DNA of 64,000 nt, taken from IMG/VR virus record IMGVR_UViG_3300029908_000007, positions 32,001-96,000 of that record; one strand, given 5' to 3'. The DNA is from a virus. The position numbers were made by a program, and so were the translations under genes. The notes under the pieces were generated by a model. That model had not been told where the DNA came from. It searched no databases and saw only the letters and a list, made by a program, of their open reading frames with translations. This document shows, in pieces, positions 46,011 through 55,393 of this stretch; the stretch's first letter is position 1, and each line of letters begins with the position of its first letter.

Positions 46011-46642
46011 GTAATTTTCTACTTGCTTTTGACACAGAAACCGGAGGACTATCCCCCAAAGCAGCCGACGTACTGACAGCCTACTTCGCTATCGTCGACG
46101 AAGATTTTAAGATCCTCGACGAACTAGACCTAAAGCTAAAGCCTGACAATGGTCGTTTACCCATCGCCGAGGATGGCGCGTTAAAAGTTAATAAGATCAA
46201 TATCCACGCTCATCTCGAAGATCCCGAAACTATCACATACTCCGAAGCCAAAACCAAATTAGTAGCCATGATACGAAAATACTTGAAGAAGACAGGAAGG
46301 CACTCCAATATCCGCCCCCTTGGCTACAACGTCCCCTTTGATATCGGTTTCATACAAGAATATGTCTTGTTCCCCGATGAATGGCAGTCTCTTATTAACT
46401 ACAATACCGTGGATCCCAAGGTTGTCGTTAATTTTCTGAAAGACGCGGGTTGGTTTCCTGCGGACCTAGGAACTCTCATCAGCGTAGTTAAGCATTTTAA
46501 TATTTCCATGGGTTTGGCTCATACCGCAAAAGCCGACGCGTTGGCTACTGTAGAAGTCTATAAGAAGTTATTGGAATTGATGGATTCCAAAAAAGATGGT
46601 GGCGGTGGATTGGACCTTTTGAGTCTTTTGGAGGCGGAATGA
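46007..46642 (+). CDS. DnaQ-like DEDDh 3'-5' exonuclease
   Basis: FDTETGG, GYNVPFD, AHTAKAD. Confidence 0.9.
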   Translation: MSNFLLAFDTETGGLSPKAADVLTAYFAIVDEDFKILDELDLKLKPDNGRLPIAEDGALKVNKINIHAHLEDPETITYSEAKTKLVAMIRKYLKKTGRHSNIRPLGYNVPFDIGFIQEYVLFPDEWQSLINYNTVDPKVVVNFLKDAGWFPADLGTLISVVKHFNISMGLAHTAKADALATVEVYKKLLELMDSKKDGGGGLDLLSLLEAE

Positions 46643-46890
46643 GAAAGGTATTTTGTCGCCTTATTGTTGTAGATTTATGTTTGTCGTTCGCAAAATTAGA
46701 TGGTGACAAACTGTCTCTGATTAGAATACCACTAGTCGCAAATCAGATTTTGGGCGCTTTAGCGTTTTATGATGAGTTGATAGGCTTTGAAGAAATGCCT
46801 ATAGTAGAATTTGTCGAACTTTGTAAAAAACAAGCAACAGAAGAAGAAGTTAAAAAATTCGAAAAATCATTTGGGGAAATTTATTCATGA
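46639..46890 (+). CDS. Hypothetical protein
   Basis: ATGA coupling, GGAGG RBS. Confidence 0.55.
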   Translation: MRKVFCRLIVVDLCLSFAKLDGDKLSLIRIPLVANQILGALAFYDELIGFEEMPIVEFVELCKKQATEEEVKKFEKSFGEIYS

Positions 46891-47156
46891 AAGCCTGGTT
46901 TGAATGGTGCCATATGTTTCCTGGCGACTATCCGGTTAAATTCGGAATTGACTGGTATGTTCACGCCAAACCCGTAAAAATGTTTAAACCATGGCGGGGG
47001 CTTACGATTACTTTTTATTTATTCAAACGCTTGGTTAATCTAAACATAGTCATGGACTACGAAGCCTACCAGGCTAGGATGAACTATAGACACGATCCCA
47101 ACGCTGCAATTAAAAGATTACGAGAAAGAAAAGCTGCTAGGGAGAATAAGCAATGA
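46887..47156 (+). CDS. Hypothetical protein
   Basis: ATGA coupling. Confidence 0.55.
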   Translation: MKAWFEWCHMFPGDYPVKFGIDWYVHAKPVKMFKPWRGLTITFYLFKRLVNLNIVMDYEAYQARMNYRHDPNAAIKRLRERKAARENKQ

Positions 47157-47917
47157 TGAAAAAGGGAACTATTTGTAAGAAGTACACTCAAGAGGAAAAG
47201 AATTTTATAATAGAAAATTATAAAACCATGACGAGTCTCGACATATCCAAGATTATCGATAGAACCAAAGCTTCAGTTATCGTAATGGCTGGCAAATTGG
47301 GACTTGGAGAATCATCCAAAGATCTTATATCAGGTCAAAAATTTAACAGACTTACGATTATAAAAAAAACAGATAAAAGAACAAAATGTAGAGCAATTAT
47401 ATATGAATGCTTATGCATTTGTGGAAATATAACCTATGTACCAAGAAATACTATAACAAGTGGTCATACAAAAAGTTGTGGATGTTTACAAATCGAAAAA
47501 ATTTCAGAATCTCTGCTTTTGTCTCCCGGAAAAGCTACAATAAATCAGCTATATTATTGCTGCAAAGGCGACGCTCAAAAAAGAGGTATCGATTTTTTGT
47601 TAACTATGGAACAACATGCAGAAATAGTTTCTCATGATTGCAATTATTGTGGAGAACCTCCTCGTAAAGCAAACTATCTTATCAAAAAAGACGGCAATCT
47701 AAAAAAAGTAAAACATATCGCAACAAAATCTTGCATTGACAATTCTTGGGCAGTCGCCAACACGGTTGACAGGATAGATAGCAATAAGGCATACACATTA
47801 GACAATTGCGTAGCGGCTTGCTGGCCCTGCAATCAAATGAAAATGATATCTTCTGTGAATGATTTTATATCTCAAACCTATAAAATTGTAGCTTTCCAAG
47901 AAAGTAAGAAAAAATGA
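47153..47917 (+). CDS. HNH homing endonuclease
   Basis: GQKFNRLT...CLCICG...KSCGC; CNYCG...VDRIDS...YT.DNCVAACWPCN.MK; AT-rich. Confidence 0.8.
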   Translation: MMKKGTICKKYTQEEKNFIIENYKTMTSLDISKIIDRTKASVIVMAGKLGLGESSKDLISGQKFNRLTIIKKTDKRTKCRAIIYECLCICGNITYVPRNTITSGHTKSCGCLQIEKISESLLLSPGKATINQLYYCCKGDAQKRGIDFLLTMEQHAEIVSHDCNYCGEPPRKANYLIKKDGNLKKVKHIATKSCIDNSWAVANTVDRIDSNKAYTLDNCVAACWPCNQMKMISSVNDFISQTYKIVAFQESKKK

Positions 47918-50900
47918 CTTTCGTATCCACTCATACACACACAGAGTCCTTCCTAACAGCCTCTAAGCTATCTTCGTTCATTTCTAGAGCAAAAGATTTG
48001 GGCCGTACTCATTTCGTACAAATAGATCAGGGTAATCTATCGAACGCTCTCAAAGCTCACGGACAGGCTAAAAAAGCTGGGCTCAAATCAATTCTAGGAA
48101 TTGAAGTGTTTTTTAAAGACTCTTCGTGCCCAGTAATTAGTGGAACAAAAACGGATAGATGTAGGTATTTTAATCTGTCTATATATGCGCTGGATCAGTC
48201 AGCGTATCAGGAAATAGTGCGATTGGTATCAAAATTTGACAGACCCGTTATCGACATTAGAGAAGAATCCCAATCTCTTTGGCAATGGTCGGATTTGGAA
48301 CACATCAGTAAATTTAACGTAAACGTAGTTCTATCCGGAGTTCATTGTATTGTCGGCAAACCAGCATTAGATAATAGACCAGATTTGGCCGAAGGCGTAT
48401 TTTTAAAGCTCAATACGCTATTTAAGAATAGGCTGTACGCGGCAATGCTTTGCACGGAATGGTCCAAGAAATACGCCCAAATAGTTCAAATAACGTATAG
48501 AGATGGAACCACGGATTGCTTAATGGACACCGATTCTGTAGCCACAGATCGAGCCCGCCGCATTAAGGCTATAGAGTTAGTGGATAACAATCGGCACGCT
48601 GTGATCAAAAACAAGATCTCTGGCGGAATCTATTCAGAAGTAGAAAAAGAAATAGAAAAAGTGATACTAAAAAAGGGATTTCTTCCTCTTCCTGTAGACG
48701 CAGCTTTAGTCGTAAACAGAACGCTTAAGAGTCTTGCCGAGAAATATGGAATCCCTGTTCTCGCTACGGATCACGCATTTTATGCCGAAGCCTCAGACCG
48801 TATCGTTCAAGATCTAATTCTAGAGGGTAAGACTAGGATTAAGTCTAGTTTGCACATGAGATCCCAAGAAGAGGTTCTGGACTACCTAACAAAAATAATG
48901 GAGTTATCTCCATCAGATGCCAATAAAATTATAAACAATAGCGCCCAATGGGCATCACTATTTGATACATTTGATCTCAAGTATGATTGGCACTTAGCCT
49001 CTACTAACGGACAAGACCCTCTCAAGATGTGTATGGCCGCGATCCAGAAAAATGGGCGTATGAAATGGGACGATAAGGCGTATACAGAAAGGCTAAAAGA
49101 AGAATGGGCGGTCCTTGTTAAGAATGGCAAAAAGAATATGCTCCCCTATTTTTTTCCAATCGAAGATATCGTAGAATTTTATAAAAACAGTGGATATTTA
49201 ACCGGACCTGGTCGCGGATCTGCTGCAGGTTCCTTATTGGCGTACCTGCTATGTATTACGCACGTTAACCCTCTTAAGCACGGACTCTCGTTTTCCAGAT
49301 TTTATTCTATGACTCGTATTGAAAACAATCAGGTCGCGGACATAGATTTGGACCTTGGAGATCGCGTACCATTAGTTGGGGAAGACGGGAAGTCTGGGTA
49401 CCTATACTCGCGCTGGGGGAACTGCGCTGCTCAGATTGGGACCAAAGCTATGATTCGTCTCAAGAGCGCGATAAAAGATGTTAATCGCTATCTGAACGGT
49501 TCGGTTGAACGATCTATCTTAACTCTAACCGAAGGATTACCAGCCGCTCCTCAAGGAGTATCGGACCACAATTTTATTTGGGGATACGAAGACGATGATG
49601 GCAACCATGTTCCGGGCTTGATAGAACAATCAAAAGAACTCCGAGCATATATGAAAGAAAAGCCAAGGGAGTGGGAAATTGTCAGCAAGACAGTCGGCGT
49701 TACCAGGAGCTGGTCAAAACACGCCAGCGGATTTTGTATTTCAGATATTCCCATTAGAGATATGGTACCACTAAGAGATGGGGTTATTACTCAATATGAG
49801 GCAAAGCAGGTGGAGGAAAGTGGGGCGTTGAAATATGACTTCCTTGTAGTTCACAACATTAAAGATATTCAAGTCTGTTTAGAACTTATTAATAAAAAGA
49901 ATAATGAAAAACATGAAACCGGATACTTTACCCATAATGGAGTCAAGACATTTGTTTGGGATCTTACGGAAGATTTGGAAGCGTTTAAATCCGTTTGGAG
50001 CGGTGACACTAACACAATTTTTCAGCTCAACACAAAATCTATGACACCTTTTGTAAAAGATATTTTACCTCAATCTATTGAAGATCTTTCTACAATACTT
50101 AGCTTGGTCCGACCTGGCCCACTCGATTTCGTTTCCGAAGATACCGGCAGAAACATGGCCGAAGAATTTGTTCACCGCAAAAACTGCGGTTCCTATAATG
50201 ATATTGAAATCTTAAATAAACTAATTCCTGAAACATATTCAGTCCTTGTCTACCAAGAACAGGTAACGAAGATCGCAAAAGAGCTTGCCGGATTTTCTGG
50301 GACAGAAGCTGAGATCTTAAGAGAAAATATCGGTAAAAAGAAAGCCGTAGAACTTGCTAAACAAAAACCTAAGTTTGTCGAAGGCGCTTCCAAGCATATT
50401 TCCAAAGAAGAGGCCGAACTTTTATGGGATCGAATCGAAACATTTGGCCGCTACTCCTTCAATAAAAGTCACGGAATTTCCTACAGTTATATCACTTATG
50501 CGTGCATGTTTTTGCGCCACAATTACCGTCTTGAGTGGTACGCGGCGATTTTAAGCAATGCTAGCGAGCAAGAAATTACAGGCAAGTTATGGCCTACGGT
50601 AAAAAACCTAATCGCTCCTCCGGACATCAATCTCTCAAATGAAATGATGGCCGTAGATTACGCGAATAAAAATATCCGATCTAAGCTTGGCATTATCCGT
50701 GGCATGGGCGACATTACCCTAGAGCCAATCATCGCGAACAGACCATACCGTGATATTCAAGACTTCGTCGACAAAGACGTCGCAGGACCCAGCTTAGCCC
50801 ACAAACTCATCCACGTCGGCATTATGGACTCCTTATTCGAACCCGGAATGTCCTTGGTTGAAAAACTCAAAGCCTACGAAGACGCCGCTGAAATTAAGAA

Positions 50901-51468
50901 GTTTAGAGACAAAAAAGCAGAGGCTGATAAGAAGTTCAAGAATATGAGAGCGTTACAGCCTAAAGAAGGTGTTGTTCCCTCCCAGTATCTCAATTTGTCG
51001 CCTCTCAAAGACATCGCTATGAAAAAAGCCGTACTCCCAACGCTCCCCGTAGATCTTCACGGACTGGGCTTAAAATATAGCCGCTGTTTGGATCCCTACA
51101 CTACCAATAGCAAAGTCACCGATCCCGTCACCAATAAGTCGACGTTCTTGGTGGATGGCAACGTAATCAAGCGTATCGACGCTCTGGAGGGCTTCCAGGT
51201 CGAAAAAGACATATACGCCGCTGCTACCTGCTATATCATCGATGCCAAGGAATTCAGCTATGCCAAGGGCGCTAAGACGGCTTTAAAGCTCACCTTTGAC
51301 ACCGGCGACGGCAACATCATGGAAAAAGTGCTATGGCCGGATTATAATACCGGGATTCTGGAATACCCAAAGGAAGTAAAACGGGGCAGTATATGTACGT
51401 TATTCATGAAGAAACGTCAGGACAAGAGCGGTGAGATGTCGGTGTTCTCAATTGTAGTAGAAGGCTAA
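47914..51468 (+). CDS. dnaE: DNA polymerase III alpha subunit (family C)
   Basis: PHP THTH; GPGRGSAAGSL; DIDLD; KHASG; KYDFL; YQEQV; YSFNKSH. Confidence 0.95.
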   Translation: MTFVSTHTHTESFLTASKLSSFISRAKDLGRTHFVQIDQGNLSNALKAHGQAKKAGLKSILGIEVFFKDSSCPVISGTKTDRCRYFNLSIYALDQSAYQEIVRLVSKFDRPVIDIREESQSLWQWSDLEHISKFNVNVVLSGVHCIVGKPALDNRPDLAEGVFLKLNTLFKNRLYAAMLCTEWSKKYAQIVQITYRDGTTDCLMDTDSVATDRARRIKAIELVDNNRHAVIKNKISGGIYSEVEKEIEKVILKKGFLPLPVDAALVVNRTLKSLAEKYGIPVLATDHAFYAEASDRIVQDLILEGKTRIKSSLHMRSQEEVLDYLTKIMELSPSDANKIINNSAQWASLFDTFDLKYDWHLASTNGQDPLKMCMAAIQKNGRMKWDDKAYTERLKEEWAVLVKNGKKNMLPYFFPIEDIVEFYKNSGYLTGPGRGSAAGSLLAYLLCITHVNPLKHGLSFSRFYSMTRIENNQVADIDLDLGDRVPLVGEDGKSGYLYSRWGNCAAQIGTKAMIRLKSAIKDVNRYLNGSVERSILTLTEGLPAAPQGVSDHNFIWGYEDDDGNHVPGLIEQSKELRAYMKEKPREWEIVSKTVGVTRSWSKHASGFCISDIPIRDMVPLRDGVITQYEAKQVEESGALKYDFLVVHNIKDIQVCLELINKKNNEKHETGYFTHNGVKTFVWDLTEDLEAFKSVWSGDTNTIFQLNTKSMTPFVKDILPQSIEDLSTILSLVRPGPLDFVSEDTGRNMAEEFVHRKNCGSYNDIEILNKLIPETYSVLVYQEQVTKIAKELAGFSGTEAEILRENIGKKKAVELAKQKPKFVEGASKHISKEEAELLWDRIETFGRYSFNKSHGISYSYITYACMFLRHNYRLEWYAAILSNASEQEITGKLWPTVKNLIAPPDINLSNEMMAVDYANKNIRSKLGIIRGMGDITLEPIIANRPYRDIQDFVDKDVAGPSLAHKLIHVGIMDSLFEPGMSLVEKLKAYEDAAEIKKFRDKKAEADKKFKNMRALQPKEGVVPSQYLNLSPLKDIAMKKAVLPTLPVDLHGLGLKYSRCLDPYTTNSKVTDPVTNKSTFLVDGNVIKRIDALEGFQVEKDIYAAATCYIIDAKEFSYAKGAKTALKLTFDTGDGNIMEKVLWPDYNTGILEYPKEVKRGSICTLFMKKRQDKSGEMSVFSIVVEG

Positions 51469-51476
51469 CTTTTCTC

Positions 51477-51505
51477 TTGACATTTTTAAAACGATTTAGT
51501 ATATT
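51477..51505 (+). promoter_or_regulatory. sigma70-like promoter
   Basis: TTGACA-N17-TATATT; 6 nt before the ATG with no SD (possibly leaderless). Confidence 0.65.
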
Positions 51506-51511
51506 ACCGAT

Positions 51512-52231
51512 ATGAAGCGTTTGGTTTACCCCCTACTCGTATGGCTTTTGGTCTCAACCCTGGTATACGCCAGGACCCACCACAAGCCCGGTAAGACGCT
51601 TCGTATTGCCGTAATCGACACCGGATTGGATCTCAACGATCCCCGCCTCAGCAACCATCTCTGCAGAACCGGTCACAAAGATTTCACCGGTGAAGGCCTG
51701 GTTGATTTGAACGGACACGGCACACATATCGCCGGTCTTATAGAAAAATATGCGGGTGAGGGAAACTACTGTCTTGTGATATATAAGTACTTTGCAACCG
51801 GTGACAAAGCCAAATACAATGCCAGGCATGAAGTCGACGCTATAGCCGAAGCCGTTAAAAATCACGTCGACGTTGTTAATATTTCCAGCGGTGGACCGGA
51901 GTTTGTAAAAAGAGAGTATGATTTAATCAGGTTTCATCCAAGAACCACCTTTGTTTTGGCAGCTGGAAACGAAGGACACGATCTAGACAGAGATTGTAAC
52001 TACTATCCGGCTTGCTACCTGCTCGGTAACGAAAAAATTGTCGGAAATGTCACAGAAACCGGAGCCATGGTTACATCTTCTAATTACGGCAACGTGCTTT
52101 CAGCGGTAGAAGTTGGGGACAATGTTTTGTCAACAGCACCTAACGGTGGTATGACACACAGCACTGGAACCAGCCAAGCCACAGCAATTAGAACCGGCAA
52201 GCTTATAAAGGAAATGTTAGATGCAAAATAA
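51512..52231 (+). CDS. Secreted subtilisin-like (S8) serine protease
   Basis: Signal peptide; IAVIDTG, NGHGTHIAG, AAGN, GTSQA. Confidence 0.9.
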   Translation: MKRLVYPLLVWLLVSTLVYARTHHKPGKTLRIAVIDTGLDLNDPRLSNHLCRTGHKDFTGEGLVDLNGHGTHIAGLIEKYAGEGNYCLVIYKYFATGDKAKYNARHEVDAIAEAVKNHVDVVNISSGGPEFVKREYDLIRFHPRTTFVLAAGNEGHDLDRDCNYYPACYLLGNEKIVGNVTETGAMVTSSNYGNVLSAVEVGDNVLSTAPNGGMTHSTGTSQATAIRTGKLIKEMLDAK

Positions 52232-52463
52232 CGTCTTTCAAAACAGAGTGGTCAAAACCAAAAAATTAGGCAAGGATGCTTTAATGCAGGTTAGCATAAA
52301 TGAAATCGCTAAGCGGATTTTTGTTGACTTTTCATCCGTAGATGGTAGGATTAAGATTCAGAAGAGTTTTCAAGACACTTTTGAGGGTAAGAAACTAGCT
52401 AAGGAATTTGAAAAAAGATTTAAAAATCTAAATGAAATTAAGGGTTATTTAGGTATTAAATGA
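52221..52463 (+). CDS. Hypothetical protein
   Basis: AAGGA RBS; operon packing. Confidence 0.55.
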   Translation: MQNNVFQNRVVKTKKLGKDALMQVSINEIAKRIFVDFSSVDGRIKIQKSFQDTFEGKKLAKEFEKRFKNLNEIKGYLGIK

Positions 52464-52822
52464 AGAAGATTAAAACCAAACCCAGAGAAGTAGAGGTTTA
52501 TCTGGATGGTACTGATTGGCGGTATGAAATCGGTCATGCCGCTGATGGTAATCGTGTCTATCCCAGCGTCGATTGTCTTAAAGAAGAAAATAAGTGCTGG
52601 GATGAGTGTGGGATAGTTAAATGTAAGCTGGTTTTTATGGAAACCGTGATTCCGGAAGTCGATCCTAAAGATTGGAAAAACACCACTCCTATGGTGGAAT
52701 GCGATGTAGATAGGGACCGCTTAGCAGCCGCAGAAAGACACTTAGGATATCTCGAAGAAAAAGTGATGAAACAGCTGAATAAGGTTATTCAGTTAAAAGC
52801 AAATATAAAGGGGAAGAAATAA
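52460..52822 (+). CDS. Hypothetical phage protein
   Basis: DW.YEIG.A.DGNRVYPS...CGIV pattern. Confidence 0.6.
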   Translation: MKKIKTKPREVEVYLDGTDWRYEIGHAADGNRVYPSVDCLKEENKCWDECGIVKCKLVFMETVIPEVDPKDWKNTTPMVECDVDRDRLAAAERHLGYLEEKVMKQLNKVIQLKANIKGKK

Positions 52823-53601
52823 TGTCGTTATCAAGTATTCTAGAACAAATCAAGACGGTTAAACCAATTGCAGAGATGGATATCCTCGTAGGACCCAGAG
52901 AAACGTATGCGGGACGAGAAGGTATGCAACGCAATGCCAAAGAAGAATTTAAGACGCTAAAAGAACAGTATACCAACGAACTCCGCCAAACCGCAGCCTT
53001 CATCCTGATATCGGGCTCCGGCAAGGAAACCTTTCAAACCCTAGCTACTACTGAGTTCAACTGCTTTTCAGCGGACAGCGAGGGCTTCTATAAGGCATTG
53101 GCTGATCGCATCCCCGCCGAACTCTACGCTAATAAGACGCCAGCGGGCAATCTGTTCGATGTCATGGGGCGACACCTTGAAGACATGGCCAATGATCTCG
53201 GGATTATCGGATATCCTCAACTGATCTTTAAACAACAATATCAACGCGCTATCGATGGAAAAGCTGACTTTGTGAAGCTGATTAAGCAAGCCATTAATGA
53301 ACAAGTGGGTTCGGAAATCGTGGGTATCTATACTGCTAAAGTTTTGACCGATGAAGCCATTTCTAAAAACCATGGTCTTTCTATTACTCCAGTTGTCATG
53401 ACTACCGATGACGAAGCCTTGGCTTTAGATCTCAACGAAACACTATATCGCGCTGGTTCCCGAGCTTTCTTGGTGGCTGCTGGGAAGGGCGCCAAGAGCA
53501 TTCGAGCCGTGGAAGGTGCATTTGCTATCAAAGAAGTCGATGCCGATAGTGTAAAAAATGTCTTGACAAATATAAGCAAGATGTGTAAGAATATACGATG
53601 A
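52822..53601 (+). CDS. Hypothetical protein, possibly a degenerate P-loop kinase fold
   Basis: FILISGSGKETF. Confidence 0.45.
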   Translation: MSLSSILEQIKTVKPIAEMDILVGPRETYAGREGMQRNAKEEFKTLKEQYTNELRQTAAFILISGSGKETFQTLATTEFNCFSADSEGFYKALADRIPAELYANKTPAGNLFDVMGRHLEDMANDLGIIGYPQLIFKQQYQRAIDGKADFVKLIKQAINEQVGSEIVGIYTAKVLTDEAISKNHGLSITPVVMTTDDEALALDLNETLYRAGSRAFLVAAGKGAKSIRAVEGAFAIKEVDADSVKNVLTNISKMCKNIR

Positions 53602-53645
53602 GAGATGAAATAGAAAGAATTGCTAAAATTAAAAAGGAAAGAAAT

Positions 53646-54716
53646 ATGAAAATTAATAACGGACGAAATAGTGCAAGTAGTAATTTTACCCAAGCAAAAA
53701 CGGTTAAGCTGAAGGACGGCGACCAAATCTATCGCATTTTGCCAGCAATTGGCGATCTCGCAGATGCCAATATTTGGCACGTATTTTATGGCGTTCATTG
53801 GGGCTATAAGACTACGGATGGTAAAAAGAAGCCCTTCGCCAGTCCCGAGAAGAAGGACCATAAGGTCAAACCTGCGGTTGTTGTAATTCCTGATGCAGCC
53901 AAAGATCGTTTGAATATGCTCAAGGGCAAGCTCGAAGAAGCTAAGAAAAGCGGGAACCAAGCTATTATTAATAAGCTCCAACCGTTGGTTGGTTTTGGAA
54001 AAGACACTGTTTATAATCTGGATAGCAATCATCACATGAATGCCATCGATGCCAGCGGCAACATTGTGGTTCTTAAGATTAAACATAAATGCTTCGTTCA
54101 ATTGGAAGCCTTAATCAAGAAGCTCGAAGCCAGCGGAACCTATCCCCTCAGTCTCGATGATGGCCGATACTTCGTGTTTACTCGTACCGGCATGGGTAAC
54201 GATACCGGATTTGCGGTGAACGTGCTTCAAGAAGACGTCGAAGTCCAGGGTTATGGTAAGATGAAGCGCGACGTAAGTCATGTTGTTACTCACGAAATCA
54301 TTAGCCGCTTAAGTAAAGAAGCTGGTAAGCTCGACCAACTGTTCGTAAAACCTACCGCTGACCAAGTCGCACGTATCGTGGAAACCTCGAATCTTGATAC
54401 CGGCGTTTCTCCTTACATGGACGAATTGTTCTCTAAGGCCGCTCCCGCAGCTGCCGACAACAGCGAAGGCAATGACGACGGAGACTATGTTCCCGAAAAA
54501 GCTCCTGTACCGGTTGCTGCGGCACCAGCACCAGCTCCGGTAATTACGCCGGTATCGGCTCCTGTGGCTGCCGCTCCCCAGGCTACTGTGAGCCCGATTA
54601 AACCGGCTCCAGCAGCAGTTAAACTAGGGGTTGTCTTACCAAAGACCAACAAGGTCTCTATTGAAGACATGAGCCAGGAAGATTTCTTGGCCGGACTTGA
54701 AAACGGAACTTTGTAA
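53646..54716 (+). CDS. Single-stranded DNA-binding protein (T4 gp32-like)
   Basis: KLKDG...YRILPA...VHWGY; Ala/Pro linker and acidic C-terminus; upstream of UvsY/RecA-like genes. Confidence 0.7.
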   Translation: MKINNGRNSASSNFTQAKTVKLKDGDQIYRILPAIGDLADANIWHVFYGVHWGYKTTDGKKKPFASPEKKDHKVKPAVVVIPDAAKDRLNMLKGKLEEAKKSGNQAIINKLQPLVGFGKDTVYNLDSNHHMNAIDASGNIVVLKIKHKCFVQLEALIKKLEASGTYPLSLDDGRYFVFTRTGMGNDTGFAVNVLQEDVEVQGYGKMKRDVSHVVTHEIISRLSKEAGKLDQLFVKPTADQVARIVETSNLDTGVSPYMDELFSKAAPAAADNSEGNDDGDYVPEKAPVPVAAAPAPAPVITPVSAPVAAAPQATVSPIKPAPAAVKLGVVLPKTNKVSIEDMSQEDFLAGLENGTL

Positions 54717-54802
54717 TAGTTAATGGGGTCACGAGTAGGCAGTTTAAATGGGGTTTTACCGTCCAGCGGGTAGTGAATTGTACAATAGCGAACCCGGTAG
54801 CC

Positions 54803-54870
54803 AATGGTGTCCCGGCCCACAATTTAAGGTAAAAAATGGTGTCCCGGCCCACAATTTAAGGTAAAAAATG
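54803..54870 (+). repeat. Perfect 32-bp tandem duplication (2 copies plus AATG)
   Basis: AATGGTGTCCCGGCCCACAATTTAAGGTAAAA at 54803-54834 and 54835-54866. Confidence 0.95.
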
Positions 54871-55392
54871 AGCGACTTAGTAACAAATGAACAAGCGATA
54901 GTGCTCCCAGCCTTTGGTAAAACACCCCAGCTGAGACTAGAGATGTCGGTTATAAGGGAAGCAGAACGACGGCTAATCGAAGCTAAAACAGTGTCTCCGG
55001 TGACTTACGCTGATTTGAGTCATACCTACAATGAAAGCTATCGCGTGCTTAAACAACACCTGTCCAGTTTAGGTTTCCATCTGATGGCGACTGATAAAGC
55101 CCTTGAGGAAGCCAAGGCCGAAGTAATCCTGGGAAGCTATGCGGAATTTCTTGTAGATAAACCCAAGAGTACGGGTAGTGCGGATCTCAGGAATGCTTTT
55201 CTTATCAAGGATCCCGCCTATAATGCTGCTTTGGACCGTATCAATCAACTCAAGGCGTTGATCTCCAACTTTGAGGGCAAGGTTAAAGTCTTAGAAAACG
55301 TGGTTTCTTATATGAAACAAGAGATGTACTTGGTCAGCAGGTCGGGATTAAGTGGTAAAAATTTACATGTAACGAGTGGAGAAGGAAATTGA
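54868..55392 (+). CDS. UvsY-like recombination mediator (putative)
   Basis: Helical 174-aa protein between SSB and RecA; DPAY...L motif. Confidence 0.45.
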   Translation: MSDLVTNEQAIVLPAFGKTPQLRLEMSVIREAERRLIEAKTVSPVTYADLSHTYNESYRVLKQHLSSLGFHLMATDKALEEAKAEVILGSYAEFLVDKPKSTGSADLRNAFLIKDPAYNAALDRINQLKALISNFEGKVKVLENVVSYMKQEMYLVSRSGLSGKNLHVTSGEGN

Positions 55393-55393
55393 A

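Noticed and set aside
47914-51468. Functional intein in DnaE
   Set aside because: Length is normal (1184 aa), with no HN-C/S/T junction or LAGLIDADG motifs; only a degenerate-looking insert, reported separately
54803-54870. Mini CRISPR array
   Set aside because: The two 32-bp copies are directly adjacent with no spacer
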